Shown here piece by piece: positions 34,525-43,228 of a stretch of 64,000 nt of DNA. The DNA is from a virus. The stretch spans positions 22,303-86,302 of the IMG/VR virus record IMGVR_UViG_3300035088_000013. One strand, 5' to 3'. Numbering within the stretch: position 1 is the stretch's first letter; the number at the start of each line of letters is the position of its first letter. A model generated the notes under the pieces. That model saw only the letters and a list, made by a program, of their open reading frames with translations. It did no database searches and was not told the DNA's origin. The translations under genes were made by a program, and so were the position numbers.

Positions 34525-35886
34525 TCAGGCGACCTGGAAAATGATGACAATGGCAGAGGTCAGCGTCGGGCTGATTCCCGAGAGAACCGGATTGGACGGC
34601 AACGCACCGGTGACGCTGTCGGCGATTTCCATCGATGCTTGCCCTGTGGTACTCCAGTTGGTTGTGCCGCGATATCCGGCGAAAACGTTGCCCCCGTTGA
34701 GCGCCGAAACCGTCGGGGCCGACGTCTGCGGAACGTAGCCGAAAAAATATTGACCGGCAGGCAGCGCCAGTGACAGGCCGGTGACCCCGGCGAGCCCGAG
34801 CGCTGTCGTCGAGAACTGCGCCGACCCGTACACAAGGGTGCCAGGTGTTCCGGTTGCCGGGTTGACGTTCCACACCCCGACGCGACCGAAACCGCCGGTT
34901 GATACCGCTGTCACGTTGATGAACAGGCCTGCGATAGTCACCGGCGCATAAATGACAGTAGGTGTGAGGTACAGCCGGTTGACGGCGTTGGTGGTGGTGG
35001 TGGTAGCACCGTTGGTAACCCGGCTGTCGTAGTAGCGGCCGGACACATAGTACTGCTGGTAGGCGACGGCAGGTGTACCCGACGGGCCTTGCGGGCCGGG
35101 GTCACCTTGGACGCCGGGGATGCCTTGCTGGCCTTGGGGGATGGTGAACGCGAGCACCGCCGCACTGGAGGTGCCGGAGTTGGTGACGGCCGCGTTCGAC
35201 CCGGGCGTGCCGGTGGCGGTGGTACCGACCGTGACGGTGGCCGCCGCCCCCGGGGTGCCGGGGGTGCCCGGTGTTCCGGGGTCGCCCTTGTCCCCCTTGG
35301 GGATGGTGAACGCGAGCACCGCCGCGCTGGAGGTGCCGGTGTTGGTGACGGCGGCGTTCGACCCGGGCGTGCCGGTGGTTGTCGACCCGACGGCGACGGT
35401 GGCCGCCGCCCCGGGCGCGCCCGGGGTGCCGGGATCACCCTTGCCGCCTGCCGGTCCGGCCGGGCCGACCATCTGGTGAAACAGCGTGATCGACTGGTTA
35501 CTTTTCCCGACGCCGGTGCCGCCGGTGTAGACGACAGGCACTTCGACGTAGGAGCCGCCCGGGTAGTCGACGGCGTCGGCCGCTACGGCGTACTCCGCGT
35601 ATTTCGTCGCGTCGGTGCGGTCCTGGATCGTGATCGAGTCCCCGGCGGTGATCATCCGCAGCAGCGGCGCGACGTTGTCGCCGTTCGCGACCCGGTAATT
35701 CAGCCACAACGTCGCGGACACGTCCGGGGTGGCCCCGTCGGAGCGGACCTGGCCGCTGGTGGGCGGCGGGGTCGACGTGTTCGACCACGAGTAGGCGTAC
35801 GCCGACGATGACGCGCCAGGGGGGCCCTGCACGCCGGGAAGGCCGGGTGTACCGGCGGGGCCGCGGACGGCCATGCCGGTTCTCAC
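34525..35886 (-). CDS. Collagen-like repeat virion fibre/decoration protein
   Basis: Gly-X-Y runs, two TVxVGxTxTG repeats shared with the tail fibre, lower-GC C-terminal domain. Confidence 0.75.
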   Translation of the reverse strand: MRTGMAVRGPAGTPGLPGVQGPPGASSSAYAYSWSNTSTPPPTSGQVRSDGATPDVSATLWLNYRVANGDNVAPLLRMITAGDSITIQDRTDATKYAEYAVAADAVDYPGGSYVEVPVVYTGGTGVGKSNQSITLFHQMVGPAGPAGGKGDPGTPGAPGAAATVAVGSTTTGTPGSNAAVTNTGTSSAAVLAFTIPKGDKGDPGTPGTPGTPGAAATVTVGTTATGTPGSNAAVTNSGTSSAAVLAFTIPQGQQGIPGVQGDPGPQGPSGTPAVAYQQYYVSGRYYDSRVTNGATTTTTNAVNRLYLTPTVIYAPVTIAGLFINVTAVSTGGFGRVGVWNVNPATGTPGTLVYGSAQFSTTALGLAGVTGLSLALPAGQYFFGYVPQTSAPTVSALNGGNVFAGYRGTTNWSTTGQASMEIADSVTGALPSNPVLSGISPTLTSAIVIIFQVA

Positions 35887-36320
35887 GTGCTCACCCACAC
35901 CAGCGCGACCGCGTCCCCGGCGTCTTGGGCGTCGAGGTAGACGGCGTTGCTGTTGTTCACATCCAGCGACATGGCTTCCCCGGCAGCGAGGGGGAACCCG
36001 GACAGGAACGTCACCGTCGGGCCGCCGATGTAGATGAGGCCCTGGTTGCCGGGCATCGCCCGCAGGGTGAGGCCGTAGATGCCCGCGTGGGCGGGGAGCC
36101 GGGTGGGGGTGCCGGGGGTGGTGACGGCGGCCCGGTCCGCGCCGACGGTGCCGCCGGGCTGGACCTGCGTGGGTAGCGGGCTGGCGGGTGACACGTCGAC
36201 CAGGCTGCCGTCGGGGCCGTACCCGACTTTCACCCTTTGGGCTTTGACCCCGGAGCCGATGTCGTCGGCGGCGATCGTCGCACCACCGGACCCGGGGTTG
36301 ATCACGACGTTATCCGGCAT
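35883..36320 (-). CDS. Virion-associated hypothetical protein
   Basis: GAAGGG SD, ATG 36320; QRVK..YG.DG...DVS..SPLP. Confidence 0.75.
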   Translation of the reverse strand: MPDNVVINPGSGGATIAADDIGSGVKAQRVKVGYGPDGSLVDVSPASPLPTQVQPGGTVGADRAAVTTPGTPTRLPAHAGIYGLTLRAMPGNQGLIYIGGPTVTFLSGFPLAAGEAMSLDVNNSNAVYLDAQDAGDAVALVWVST

Positions 36321-36348
36321 CGACCCTGGCCCTTCGCGTGCGGTGTCG

Positions 36349-36711
36349 TCAGGTGGCGGTGAGTTCGGCGTTCGTGACGGTGTAGGTGCCTTGACCGGCG
36401 AACGTTTCGATGGTGGGGTCACCGTTGGCGTCCCGCAGCGGGTCACCCCCGAGGAACCGGCCGTCATCGGTCCAGGTGCCGAAGTGCGACACGGCGGTAC
36501 CGGGTGGGACGTCGAACGTGGCCGGGCTGGCCAGGTCGCGGATGCCGGGGCCGGTGACCCCCCAGGACACGGCCTGCCGGGTGTAGACGGGGGTACCACC
36601 GGTCAACTCGTTCGCACCGTCGGTGCCGGGGTCGTCGTCGTGCAGGCTCAGCATGGTGGCCGCGTCCGCGAGACCTTCCACGGCGGCGTCGCGCCCGTTG
36701 TCGGATAGCAT
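36349..36711 (-). CDS. Virion-associated (decoration/fibre-like) protein
   Basis: SLH..DPGT.GANE..GG...Y.RQ...W...FDVP.G..VSHFG.W. Confidence 0.75.
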   Translation of the reverse strand: MLSDNGRDAAVEGLADAATMLSLHDDDPGTDGANELTGGTPVYTRQAVSWGVTGPGIRDLASPATFDVPPGTAVSHFGTWTDDGRFLGGDPLRDANGDPTIETFAGQGTYTVTNAELTAT

Positions 36712-36827
36712 TCTCGGCCCCTTTGAACACGGCACGGTTCGGGTTGGGGGTGGCGGGCGCACGGCGGTGGTCCCTCGCCGCGAGTTGACCTTGCCGCGCG
36801 CCCGTCACGACATCAGGCGGTGCGCCA

Positions 36828-37478
36828 TCAGCGGTGATGCTGCTGCTTGGCGGCAGGGGCCTCGGCTGTTGCAGCCCCGGCGGACGGGGTCTGCTGCTTG
36901 TCGGCGGCCTTGTCCGCGGATGCCTTGGCCGCGGTCTTGTTCCGGTCAGCGGCCCTGGTGGTGGCCTTCTTGACGGCTTCGGCCTGTTTCTTGGCCCCGG
37001 ACTTGTCCGGGTCTCCGACCGGCGGCGCGTTGACGATGTCCGCGTTCAGGTAGTCGGAGCGCACCCGGGTTTGGGAGCCGTCGAGGTTGCTGGCCAGCAC
37101 GCCGTGCATGGCGATCGCGTCGGCGTCGGCGGCGGCCTTCGCCCTGAGCACCTCGGGCGGGATACCGTCGATGATGTTGCGCGACAGCACTCCGCCGACA
37201 CCGTGGCCGGGCTGCCTCGCCACAACGTCCGCCGGTGAAGGGGTGATGGCGACCGCGCCGAGGCCGTTGCCGCTGGCGTCCGGGTCGGACGGCTTGGCGG
37301 GCTCGCCGATCATCCGGGAGGTGTGCGACTGCTTCGCGACCTCATCCACCACCAGGTCCGGAATGTCGGAGGAGTCGACGCGCTCCCAGTTGGGGCGCAC
37401 CTCCAGGTCGGGGCGCTCACCGCCGAACGCGAACGTTTCCCCGGTGAGCACATTCTTGTAAGCGAACACTTCAGTCAT
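36828..37478 (-). CDS. Hypothetical protein after the major capsid gene
   Basis: GGAG SD, ATG; Lys/Ala-rich tail. Confidence 0.75.
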   Translation of the reverse strand: MTEVFAYKNVLTGETFAFGGERPDLEVRPNWERVDSSDIPDLVVDEVAKQSHTSRMIGEPAKPSDPDASGNGLGAVAITPSPADVVARQPGHGVGGVLSRNIIDGIPPEVLRAKAAADADAIAMHGVLASNLDGSQTRVRSDYLNADIVNAPPVGDPDKSGAKKQAEAVKKATTRAADRNKTAAKASADKAADKQQTPSAGAATAEAPAAKQQHHR

Positions 37479-37530
37479 GGTCGATCTCCACTCGTTGGTG
37501 GCGGACTCTGTTCGCGCCTCGTGCGGCCCG

Positions 37531-38442
37531 TTACGGCAGCGGGGCGGCGTGGATGAGGATGGCCTTCTGCGCGTCGACGACGGTCATGCCGTAGAGGATG
37601 TCGAAGGAGATCAGGTCCACCTTCATCTTGATGTCGTAGCCGTAGGTGACGCGGATCCCCAGGCCGTTGTAGGAGGCGATCGCGGACTGCCCGGGGGCGA
37701 CCCCCATCGGGATCGCCAGGGGTCGCACCGCGACGGCGAACGCATCTTTGTGGAACGCGAGCGATACCTCACTGCCGGGGTTGCCGGTGGTCTGCGGCGG
37801 CAGCCCGACCCCGTTGTGCTCGTAGGCGTCGAACGAGAACAGCCGGTTGCCGAGGCTGGCCTCCCGCAGGCCCTGGGTGTCGCCGCGGGCGTCGGCCCGC
37901 TTGAGGAGGTCGTTCTTCAGCCACTTGCTGGTGGTGATCGACCCGACGACCGCGTACCGGTCGGAGATCGGCACGCCACGCAGCGACAGTTCCCGGCGGG
38001 CTGCGATCAGCGCCTCCGGCGTATCCCACATCTCAGTCGCGACATTGCCGACGTAGGTGGGGATGCCGTTGCGCAGTGCGAGCAGGTCGGTCTCGAGGGC
38101 CTGGATGATGGCCTGCACGGCGGGCTGGATGAACTTGCCGGAGAAGTCGTCCAGTTTGAGGGTGAGTTCCTCGGTGGAGATCGCGAAGCTGACGTCCTTG
38201 AACTTGTTCAAGGTCATCGGGACGCCGGTCTCCTGGTAGTTCTGGATCCGGGTGCCGTTCACACGGTCGAAGTCGTCGGCGACGAACGCCTGCGGCTTAC
38301 GGATGGTGATGGTGTCACCGATCTTGTTTGCGAACTCGTCCTCGTAGTCACGGTGTACGAGCTGCGACATCACGGTGTCGCGGTACATGATCGCGATCGC
38401 CCGGCGGGCGATGACGGATGGGGTAAGGATCGTGTTTGCCAC
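37531..38442 (-). CDS. Major capsid protein (P22-coat-like)
   Basis: ANTILTP..IA...GDTITIRKP...LAFHKDAF...FDILYG. Confidence 0.9.
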   Translation of the reverse strand: MANTILTPSVIARRAIAIMYRDTVMSQLVHRDYEDEFANKIGDTITIRKPQAFVADDFDRVNGTRIQNYQETGVPMTLNKFKDVSFAISTEELTLKLDDFSGKFIQPAVQAIIQALETDLLALRNGIPTYVGNVATEMWDTPEALIAARRELSLRGVPISDRYAVVGSITTSKWLKNDLLKRADARGDTQGLREASLGNRLFSFDAYEHNGVGLPPQTTGNPGSEVSLAFHKDAFAVAVRPLAIPMGVAPGQSAIASYNGLGIRVTYGYDIKMKVDLISFDILYGMTVVDAQKAILIHAAPLP

Positions 38443-38503
38443 GGTGTCGGTCTCCCTCGGCGGAAGTGCCTGGAGGACCCACCCCGGCGGAAACGGGCGC
38501 GGG

Positions 38504-39388
38504 TCAGCGCTGCACGGCAGCGCTCACGGGGTCGATCTGCCGGATGTGGTCCTCAATGGACATGTCGGCGTCGGTAACTCGTCCGCCGGGCCCGCCGGTG
38601 AACTCGCCTCCGCTCTGTTTCGGCGCAGCCGCAGGCGGCTGCACCTTGAATCGGGTGGGGTTCGATGAGACCTGGGCGCGGATCAGCTCGGCGAGCTGCT
38701 CGGCGAACCCGTCGGCGGCCGGATCGAGGCCCTTGATCTTGGCGAGGAACCCCGCGGAGTCCATGAGTTCCGGGGTGTTCGCTCCCTGACCGGTGGCTGA
38801 CTGCCACACCGCGAGCTGGACCTGAAGCTCCCGGTGTTTATCGGTCCAGTCCTGCACGGCCCCTTGCGTCTGCTCGAGGCGTTGCATCGCCTCGTCGATC
38901 GTCTTGGGGCGCTGGGGTTCGGCCTGCTCGTCGGTGTCGTCGACCAGGCCCATCACCTTCGCGAAGCCGTCGACGAAGCCCTGGAGCTTGTCGGCGTTCG
39001 CCTTGACCCGCTCGTCGGCCTTGTCCTCGGCGGTCTTCGCCTTGACCCGGTTGTCGCCGTTCTCCTTCTCGAGGGCGCGGATGCGTTTCTGCGCCCATCC
39101 GGGGAGCTGCTCGAACTCTTCGGTCACCTGGCCCCCGCCGGTGCCCGCCTCGGGCGGGTCGGACGGCTTCGGGGCCGGTTTCACCGGGGGCGTGGTGGTG
39201 GTGTCACCGGCTGCACTGGTCTGCTTCCCCTTGCCCGCGGTGGTCTCACCGGTGACGCCGTCGTGGCCGTCGACCGACTGCTCGATCTGCTCGACCGTCA
39301 AAGGCTCAGGGATGCTGCTGGTTTCGCCGGTCCCGCCGGTCGATCCCGCGTCGCTGGACCCGCCCGGGGTCTCTGTCACGTCGCTCAT
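38504..39388 (-). CDS. Capsid scaffolding protein
   Basis: Acidic disordered N-terminus, LPGWAQK.I..L.KE...R, C-terminal SGGEFTGG; precedes the major capsid gene. Confidence 0.8.
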   Translation of the reverse strand: MSDVTETPGGSSDAGSTGGTGETSSIPEPLTVEQIEQSVDGHDGVTGETTAGKGKQTSAAGDTTTTPPVKPAPKPSDPPEAGTGGGQVTEEFEQLPGWAQKRIRALEKENGDNRVKAKTAEDKADERVKANADKLQGFVDGFAKVMGLVDDTDEQAEPQRPKTIDEAMQRLEQTQGAVQDWTDKHRELQVQLAVWQSATGQGANTPELMDSAGFLAKIKGLDPAADGFAEQLAELIRAQVSSNPTRFKVQPPAAAPKQSGGEFTGGPGGRVTDADMSIEDHIRQIDPVSAAVQR

Positions 39389-39533
39389 GTGCAGGTTCGC
39401 CCTTTCATGGGGAGAGCCGGTCGCACCCGGCGACCGGCTCCCGTTGGAGGTGGAACACGTGCTTCTCTTGTCACCCCACCCCCGGCAAGGGGCGGGACGT
39501 CGTTTCAAGGGGGGGTGCCGGTACGCTCCCGGC

Positions 39534-39716
39534 ATGGATGAGGCCGAAGAGCTGGCCACATTGCGGTCGGCGCTGGAGCGCGACAAGACGTGGTGTCTGC
39601 GGGTCTACCGGGCAGCAGCGTGGGTGCAGCGGACGGTGCATCCGTCGGTGGCCCGGGATCAGGGCTGGTGCCAGCGGATCGCCCTGTTGCAGCGGGTGCT
39701 ACGCGAACGAGCGTGA
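39534..39716 (+). CDS. Small antisense-oriented protein, probably leaderless
   Basis: TACGCT -10-like box at 39522-39527, 6 nt before ATG. Confidence 0.5.
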   Translation: MDEAEELATLRSALERDKTWCLRVYRAAAWVQRTVHPSVARDQGWCQRIALLQRVLRERA

Positions 39717-39852
39717 GTGAACCGCCGTGACCGGAGGTGCCGGTCGTACCGTCGAGGGGCGGGGCGCGCCCAACCCGCCCTTGCCGCCGGGGGCAGAGCC
39801 AGCGGCCCTTCGTCTGCTCCCGGCAGCTCCGAGCGCGTCCCGCGCCCACGTC

Positions 39853-40017
39853 TCAGCGCGGTTTACGGGCGGCGTTGGTGAGGATGACCGGCGGGTAGTC
39901 GACCTGCTGGCGGGCCTGCACCCTTTGGGCGTCGGACAGCTGTCGCGCGCTACGTACCGCTTCCGGGACGGGTGACGGTGACGTCGACGAGCCGGGTTCC
40001 TTCGGCGTCGGTGCCAT
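39853..40017 (-). CDS. 54-aa ORF overlapping the end of ART2 (candidate immunity)
   Basis: ATG 40017 with GAAGGTGG upstream; MAPTPKE...DAQRVQARQQVDYPPVILTNAARKPR; below the ORF-track cutoff. Confidence 0.5.
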   Translation of the reverse strand: MAPTPKEPGSSTSPSPVPEAVRSARQLSDAQRVQARQQVDYPPVILTNAARKPR

Positions 40018-40720
40018 GGTCTTTGACCACCTTCCACACCAGGTCGTGCTCCAGCGTCAGTTCGGCCTGGGGGCCGTTGTGTTTGCTGCCCCGGGTGTGG
40101 GTGGAGGTCCCGAGGGCGTGGACGCCAGCGGCGACGTGGACCCGCATCTTGACCGCGCCGACGGCGGGGGTGGCGTCGGGGTGCGGTGATCCGTGGGTGA
40201 ACGTGCGGACGACGTCCTCGTTCGTGGTCATCGACCCGTAGCCCTTCTCATGCCACGAGAAGCCGGACAGGTCGCCGTCGAGTTGGTCGCCGAACAGGTT
40301 GCGCGCCAAAAACAGGCCGCGCCAGCCTTGGACCGGTTGTGGTAGTGGACTGTCGGCCATGGCGGTGTCGATCCGGTTGACGTCTTGTTCCTCGCGGCTC
40401 TTGCCGGGGTTGCCCCACATGTCTTTGCGCAGGAACTGGTTGATGGCCATGAACCAGCCGGTCTCGTACTCCGTCAGGGATTCACGTTGTTCGGGGGTCA
40501 TGGTGCCGCGTTTGTAGAGGCCCTTGGGGACGGCGTCGTGGGCGGCCTGCCCGGTGAGGACGGCCCCGGAGGCGTGCAGGCCGCCGTCGCCGCCGCGGGT
40601 GATGACCTGGATGTCGGGGTGATCCGCCACGTCGGTGAACCGGCCGTTTTTGTCGCGGGGGTGCAGCAGCTCTTCCCAGTTGGCGAGGTTGGCCCGCCAG
40701 TCGGAGCCAAGGTGGGTCAC
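39950..40720 (-). CDS. VIP2-like ADP-ribosyltransferase (ART2, Q-x-E) with an N-terminal HPRD tag
   Basis: Y......INQFLR...ID.AM...WRG...GYGSMTT...QAELTL; GAAGGGAG SD. Confidence 0.8.
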   Translation of the reverse strand: MTHLGSDWRANLANWEELLHPRDKNGRFTDVADHPDIQVITRGGDGGLHASGAVLTGQAAHDAVPKGLYKRGTMTPEQRESLTEYETGWFMAINQFLRKDMWGNPGKSREEQDVNRIDTAMADSPLPQPVQGWRGLFLARNLFGDQLDGDLSGFSWHEKGYGSMTTNEDVVRTFTHGSPHPDATPAVGAVKMRVHVAAGVHALGTSTHTRGSKHNGPQAELTLEHDLVWKVVKDHGTDAEGTRLVDVTVTRPGSGT

Positions 40721-40759
40721 GACCGGTCTCCCTTCCGGCGGCGGGAGGCTCCCTGAACG

Positions 40760-40939
40760 TCAGCGCGGGGTGTCGTCCACCTGTGGTGGTCGCGGCTTTT
40801 CCCCGCCGCGTTGCATGCTGCCCGGCGGGTACTCGGCCAGGTAGCCGCCCAGGCCGGGCCACGTCTGATCGGTCAGCAGCAGCACCTCGTCGTCGGCGTG
40901 CCGCTTGGCGAGCCGGTCACCGGCGGGGTCGGGTTTCAT
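40760..40939 (-). CDS. 59-aa protein coupled to ART1 (candidate immunity)
   Basis: ATGA overlap with the ART1 stop, GAAGGA SD. Confidence 0.65.
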   Translation of the reverse strand: MKPDPAGDRLAKRHADDEVLLLTDQTWPGLGGYLAEYPPGSMQRGGEKPRPPQVDDTPR

Positions 40940-42129
40940 CGCTGGTATTCCTTCCAGGCGTCGCCGTTCGGGTTCGGCTGCCAGCCGGGCGGGTAGGTCC
41001 AGTCGGCGGGCACGACTTCCGCTTCGATGTAGATCCGGTACCCGTCGGCCGGGTCGCGGTAGGCGGCGTGGATGACCCGCTTGGTGCCCCGCGGCAGCAG
41101 GATCTCCCCCTCGGACTGCCACGCCGAGTGCTCATTGACGGCGAGGCCGTGCTGCCCGGCGGGGGTGCGGATCAGCCAGGTTACGTGGCCTCCGGCGGTA
41201 CCCGCCCCACCCGGGCGGCGGCCGATGCTGGTGGACCAGAACGCATCGTCGTGGATGACCCGCCCGGTCAGCGAGGCGAGGCTGTCGGGGTCGTCGGGGT
41301 TGATACCGAGGGAGCGGATACCGCCCTCGTCCTCACCCCGGTGCAACAGCAGCGGCTCCGGCAGGGTGTGCGCGGCGATCGCGGCGTCGATCTCTTTGAT
41401 CGCGGTGTCGACCTGGTCGGCCCACTCGGGGTCCTTCTGGTCGAACCGCAACGCTTTGTTGATGTGCGTCGACGAGGGGCCTTTCATGCCGCCGGTGTAG
41501 TCGTGGACGGCCTTGGCCTGGGCGGGGGTCAGGTGCGCGGGCATGTGTTGCGCCGCCCATTCGCGGCCCTGTTGGTTGGAGGAGAATTGCGGGCCGCCGG
41601 GCATGCCGACGGTGCGCCGGTTGTAGGCGTTCTCCGCCAAAACTTCGTCGAGCCGTTCCGCGAGCGCGGCATGGTGTTCGGGGGTGCCGCCGTACTTGTT
41701 CAGCAGCCCCTGGACTTTGGTGGCCTGGTCGATGGCCTTCTGGTCGTCGCCGCTTGACCAGGCGGAATGCCCGAACAACACCTTGGAGCGGAACGCGTCC
41801 GGGGACATGCCTTCGAGGTCCGTGGTGACGTTCCGGGACTGCTGCTTACGCAGCGCGAGGGCGTCGGTGATGGCCTGCCTTTGGGCTTCGGTGCCGCGGC
41901 CGTGGTGCACCGCGTCGATCGCGTCCACCTTCGTGAACGGGTTGGTGACGTCGGTGAGCGCCTGGTAGGGGTCGGCGGGCAATGTCGGGTCATGACCGTG
42001 ACGGTCGTGGGTGGTGAGGCCGCCGGTGTGGTCGCGGGTGGTGACCGTGATGTCCAGGCCACCGCCGGGCATGTCGGTGAACTTGCCGTCGTGGTCCCGG
42101 TGGTGCAGCGACTCCCGCCAGTGGCTCAT
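40936..42129 (-). CDS. VIP2-like ADP-ribosyltransferase (ART1, E-x-E) with an N-terminal HHRD tag
   Basis: DYTG...INKALR...IDAAI...LHRG...FWSTS...EGEILLPRG; ATGA overlap with the minor capsid gene. Confidence 0.85.
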   Translation of the reverse strand: MSHWRESLHHRDHDGKFTDMPGGGLDITVTTRDHTGGLTTHDRHGHDPTLPADPYQALTDVTNPFTKVDAIDAVHHGRGTEAQRQAITDALALRKQQSRNVTTDLEGMSPDAFRSKVLFGHSAWSSGDDQKAIDQATKVQGLLNKYGGTPEHHAALAERLDEVLAENAYNRRTVGMPGGPQFSSNQQGREWAAQHMPAHLTPAQAKAVHDYTGGMKGPSSTHINKALRFDQKDPEWADQVDTAIKEIDAAIAAHTLPEPLLLHRGEDEGGIRSLGINPDDPDSLASLTGRVIHDDAFWSTSIGRRPGGAGTAGGHVTWLIRTPAGQHGLAVNEHSAWQSEGEILLPRGTKRVIHAAYRDPADGYRIYIEAEVVPADWTYPPGWQPNPNGDAWKEYQR

Positions 42130-43223
42130 GACCGATCCCCCTTCGGGTGCCGTGCGGTGTCCTGCCGCCGGGAGGGGCGGGCGGCGTATCCGGCACCGGG
42201 GTGTTCCCGATGCGCCCGGCGGGGCAGGCCGGTGCGGCGCAGGTGCGCGGTCAGCTCCCCCGTCCACGCGGTGACCTTCGCGGTCGCGTCGCGTTTGGCT
42301 TCCGGGGTGAGCGCCGCGGTCTCGCGTTCCCGCCATTTGCGGATGCCGCGCTCGAGGTACCGCTGGTGCTGGCGGGCGGCGTCTCCGGCCGGGTCGGCCT
42401 TGCCGGGGGCGAGGGTCATGCCGGGGATCCAGGGGGCCAGCTGGTGTCGACAGTTAGGGTGCCCTAACCCGGCGCGGCGGGCGTCGCCGACCGTCGCGAT
42501 CGCGGGCTTACGCACCGGGTGCACGATCGACAGGACCTGATGCTCCCATCTCCGGCATAACGGGCATTCCTGGGGCCGGTCGGTGACGTACACGAACGGG
42601 TACCCGAGGGACTGCTGGGCGTCGATGACGCCGACGTCGATGGCGCGGGCAACGGCGGTCCGGGTCGCCATCTCCACGTAGGAGGACAGCTGCCAGCGGC
42701 GGCCGGACTTGTCGGTGAAGCCGATGATGCCGTCGTCGACCAAAGCCGCCCACGCGGCCTGGGCGGCGCGCCGGGTGGAGGCGACCCCGGTCAGCTTCCG
42801 CCCGGTCGCCGCGCCGATGGCGTTGCGGTACGCGGATACGGCCTGGGGGAGCAGCTGCGAGTGCAGCGGGCGCAGCTCGCCGACGAGCGCGTCGGCGAGG
42901 GCCTCCACCGCGCGGGGGTACTTCTGCGGGATCGCGATGGTGCCACCGAGTGCTTGGATCGCCGTGCCCGTTCCGGCCCGCCATCCGGCCGCTACGGCCT
43001 CGCGGGCCGCGGCGGTACCTTCCCCGTCCAGGCGGGCCGCGATCGCGCGCAGCCCGGATTTGAGGGGGCCGAGTTCGGCGAGGCGGGTCTTCTGCCAGTC
43101 GGCGGCGTCCAGCCCGCGGGCGAGGCGGGCGGTGATGTAGCGGATCACCGCCAGCTCCGCGTCGTCGTAGATGTTGGTGGCGGCGGCGACGATCTGATCG
43201 ACGCGGTCGTCATCGACCGGCAT
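42126..43223 (-). CDS. Minor capsid / MuF-like head morphogenesis protein
   Basis: FTDKSGRRW.L..YVEMATRT...C..C..W...GL.HPNCRH...QRYLER.IR.W; follows the portal gene. Confidence 0.9.
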   Translation of the reverse strand: MPVDDDRVDQIVAAATNIYDDAELAVIRYITARLARGLDAADWQKTRLAELGPLKSGLRAIAARLDGEGTAAAREAVAAGWRAGTGTAIQALGGTIAIPQKYPRAVEALADALVGELRPLHSQLLPQAVSAYRNAIGAATGRKLTGVASTRRAAQAAWAALVDDGIIGFTDKSGRRWQLSSYVEMATRTAVARAIDVGVIDAQQSLGYPFVYVTDRPQECPLCRRWEHQVLSIVHPVRKPAIATVGDARRAGLGHPNCRHQLAPWIPGMTLAPGKADPAGDAARQHQRYLERGIRKWRERETAALTPEAKRDATAKVTAWTGELTAHLRRTGLPRRAHREHPGAGYAARPSRRQDTARHPKGDRS

Positions 43224-43228
43224 CGCGA

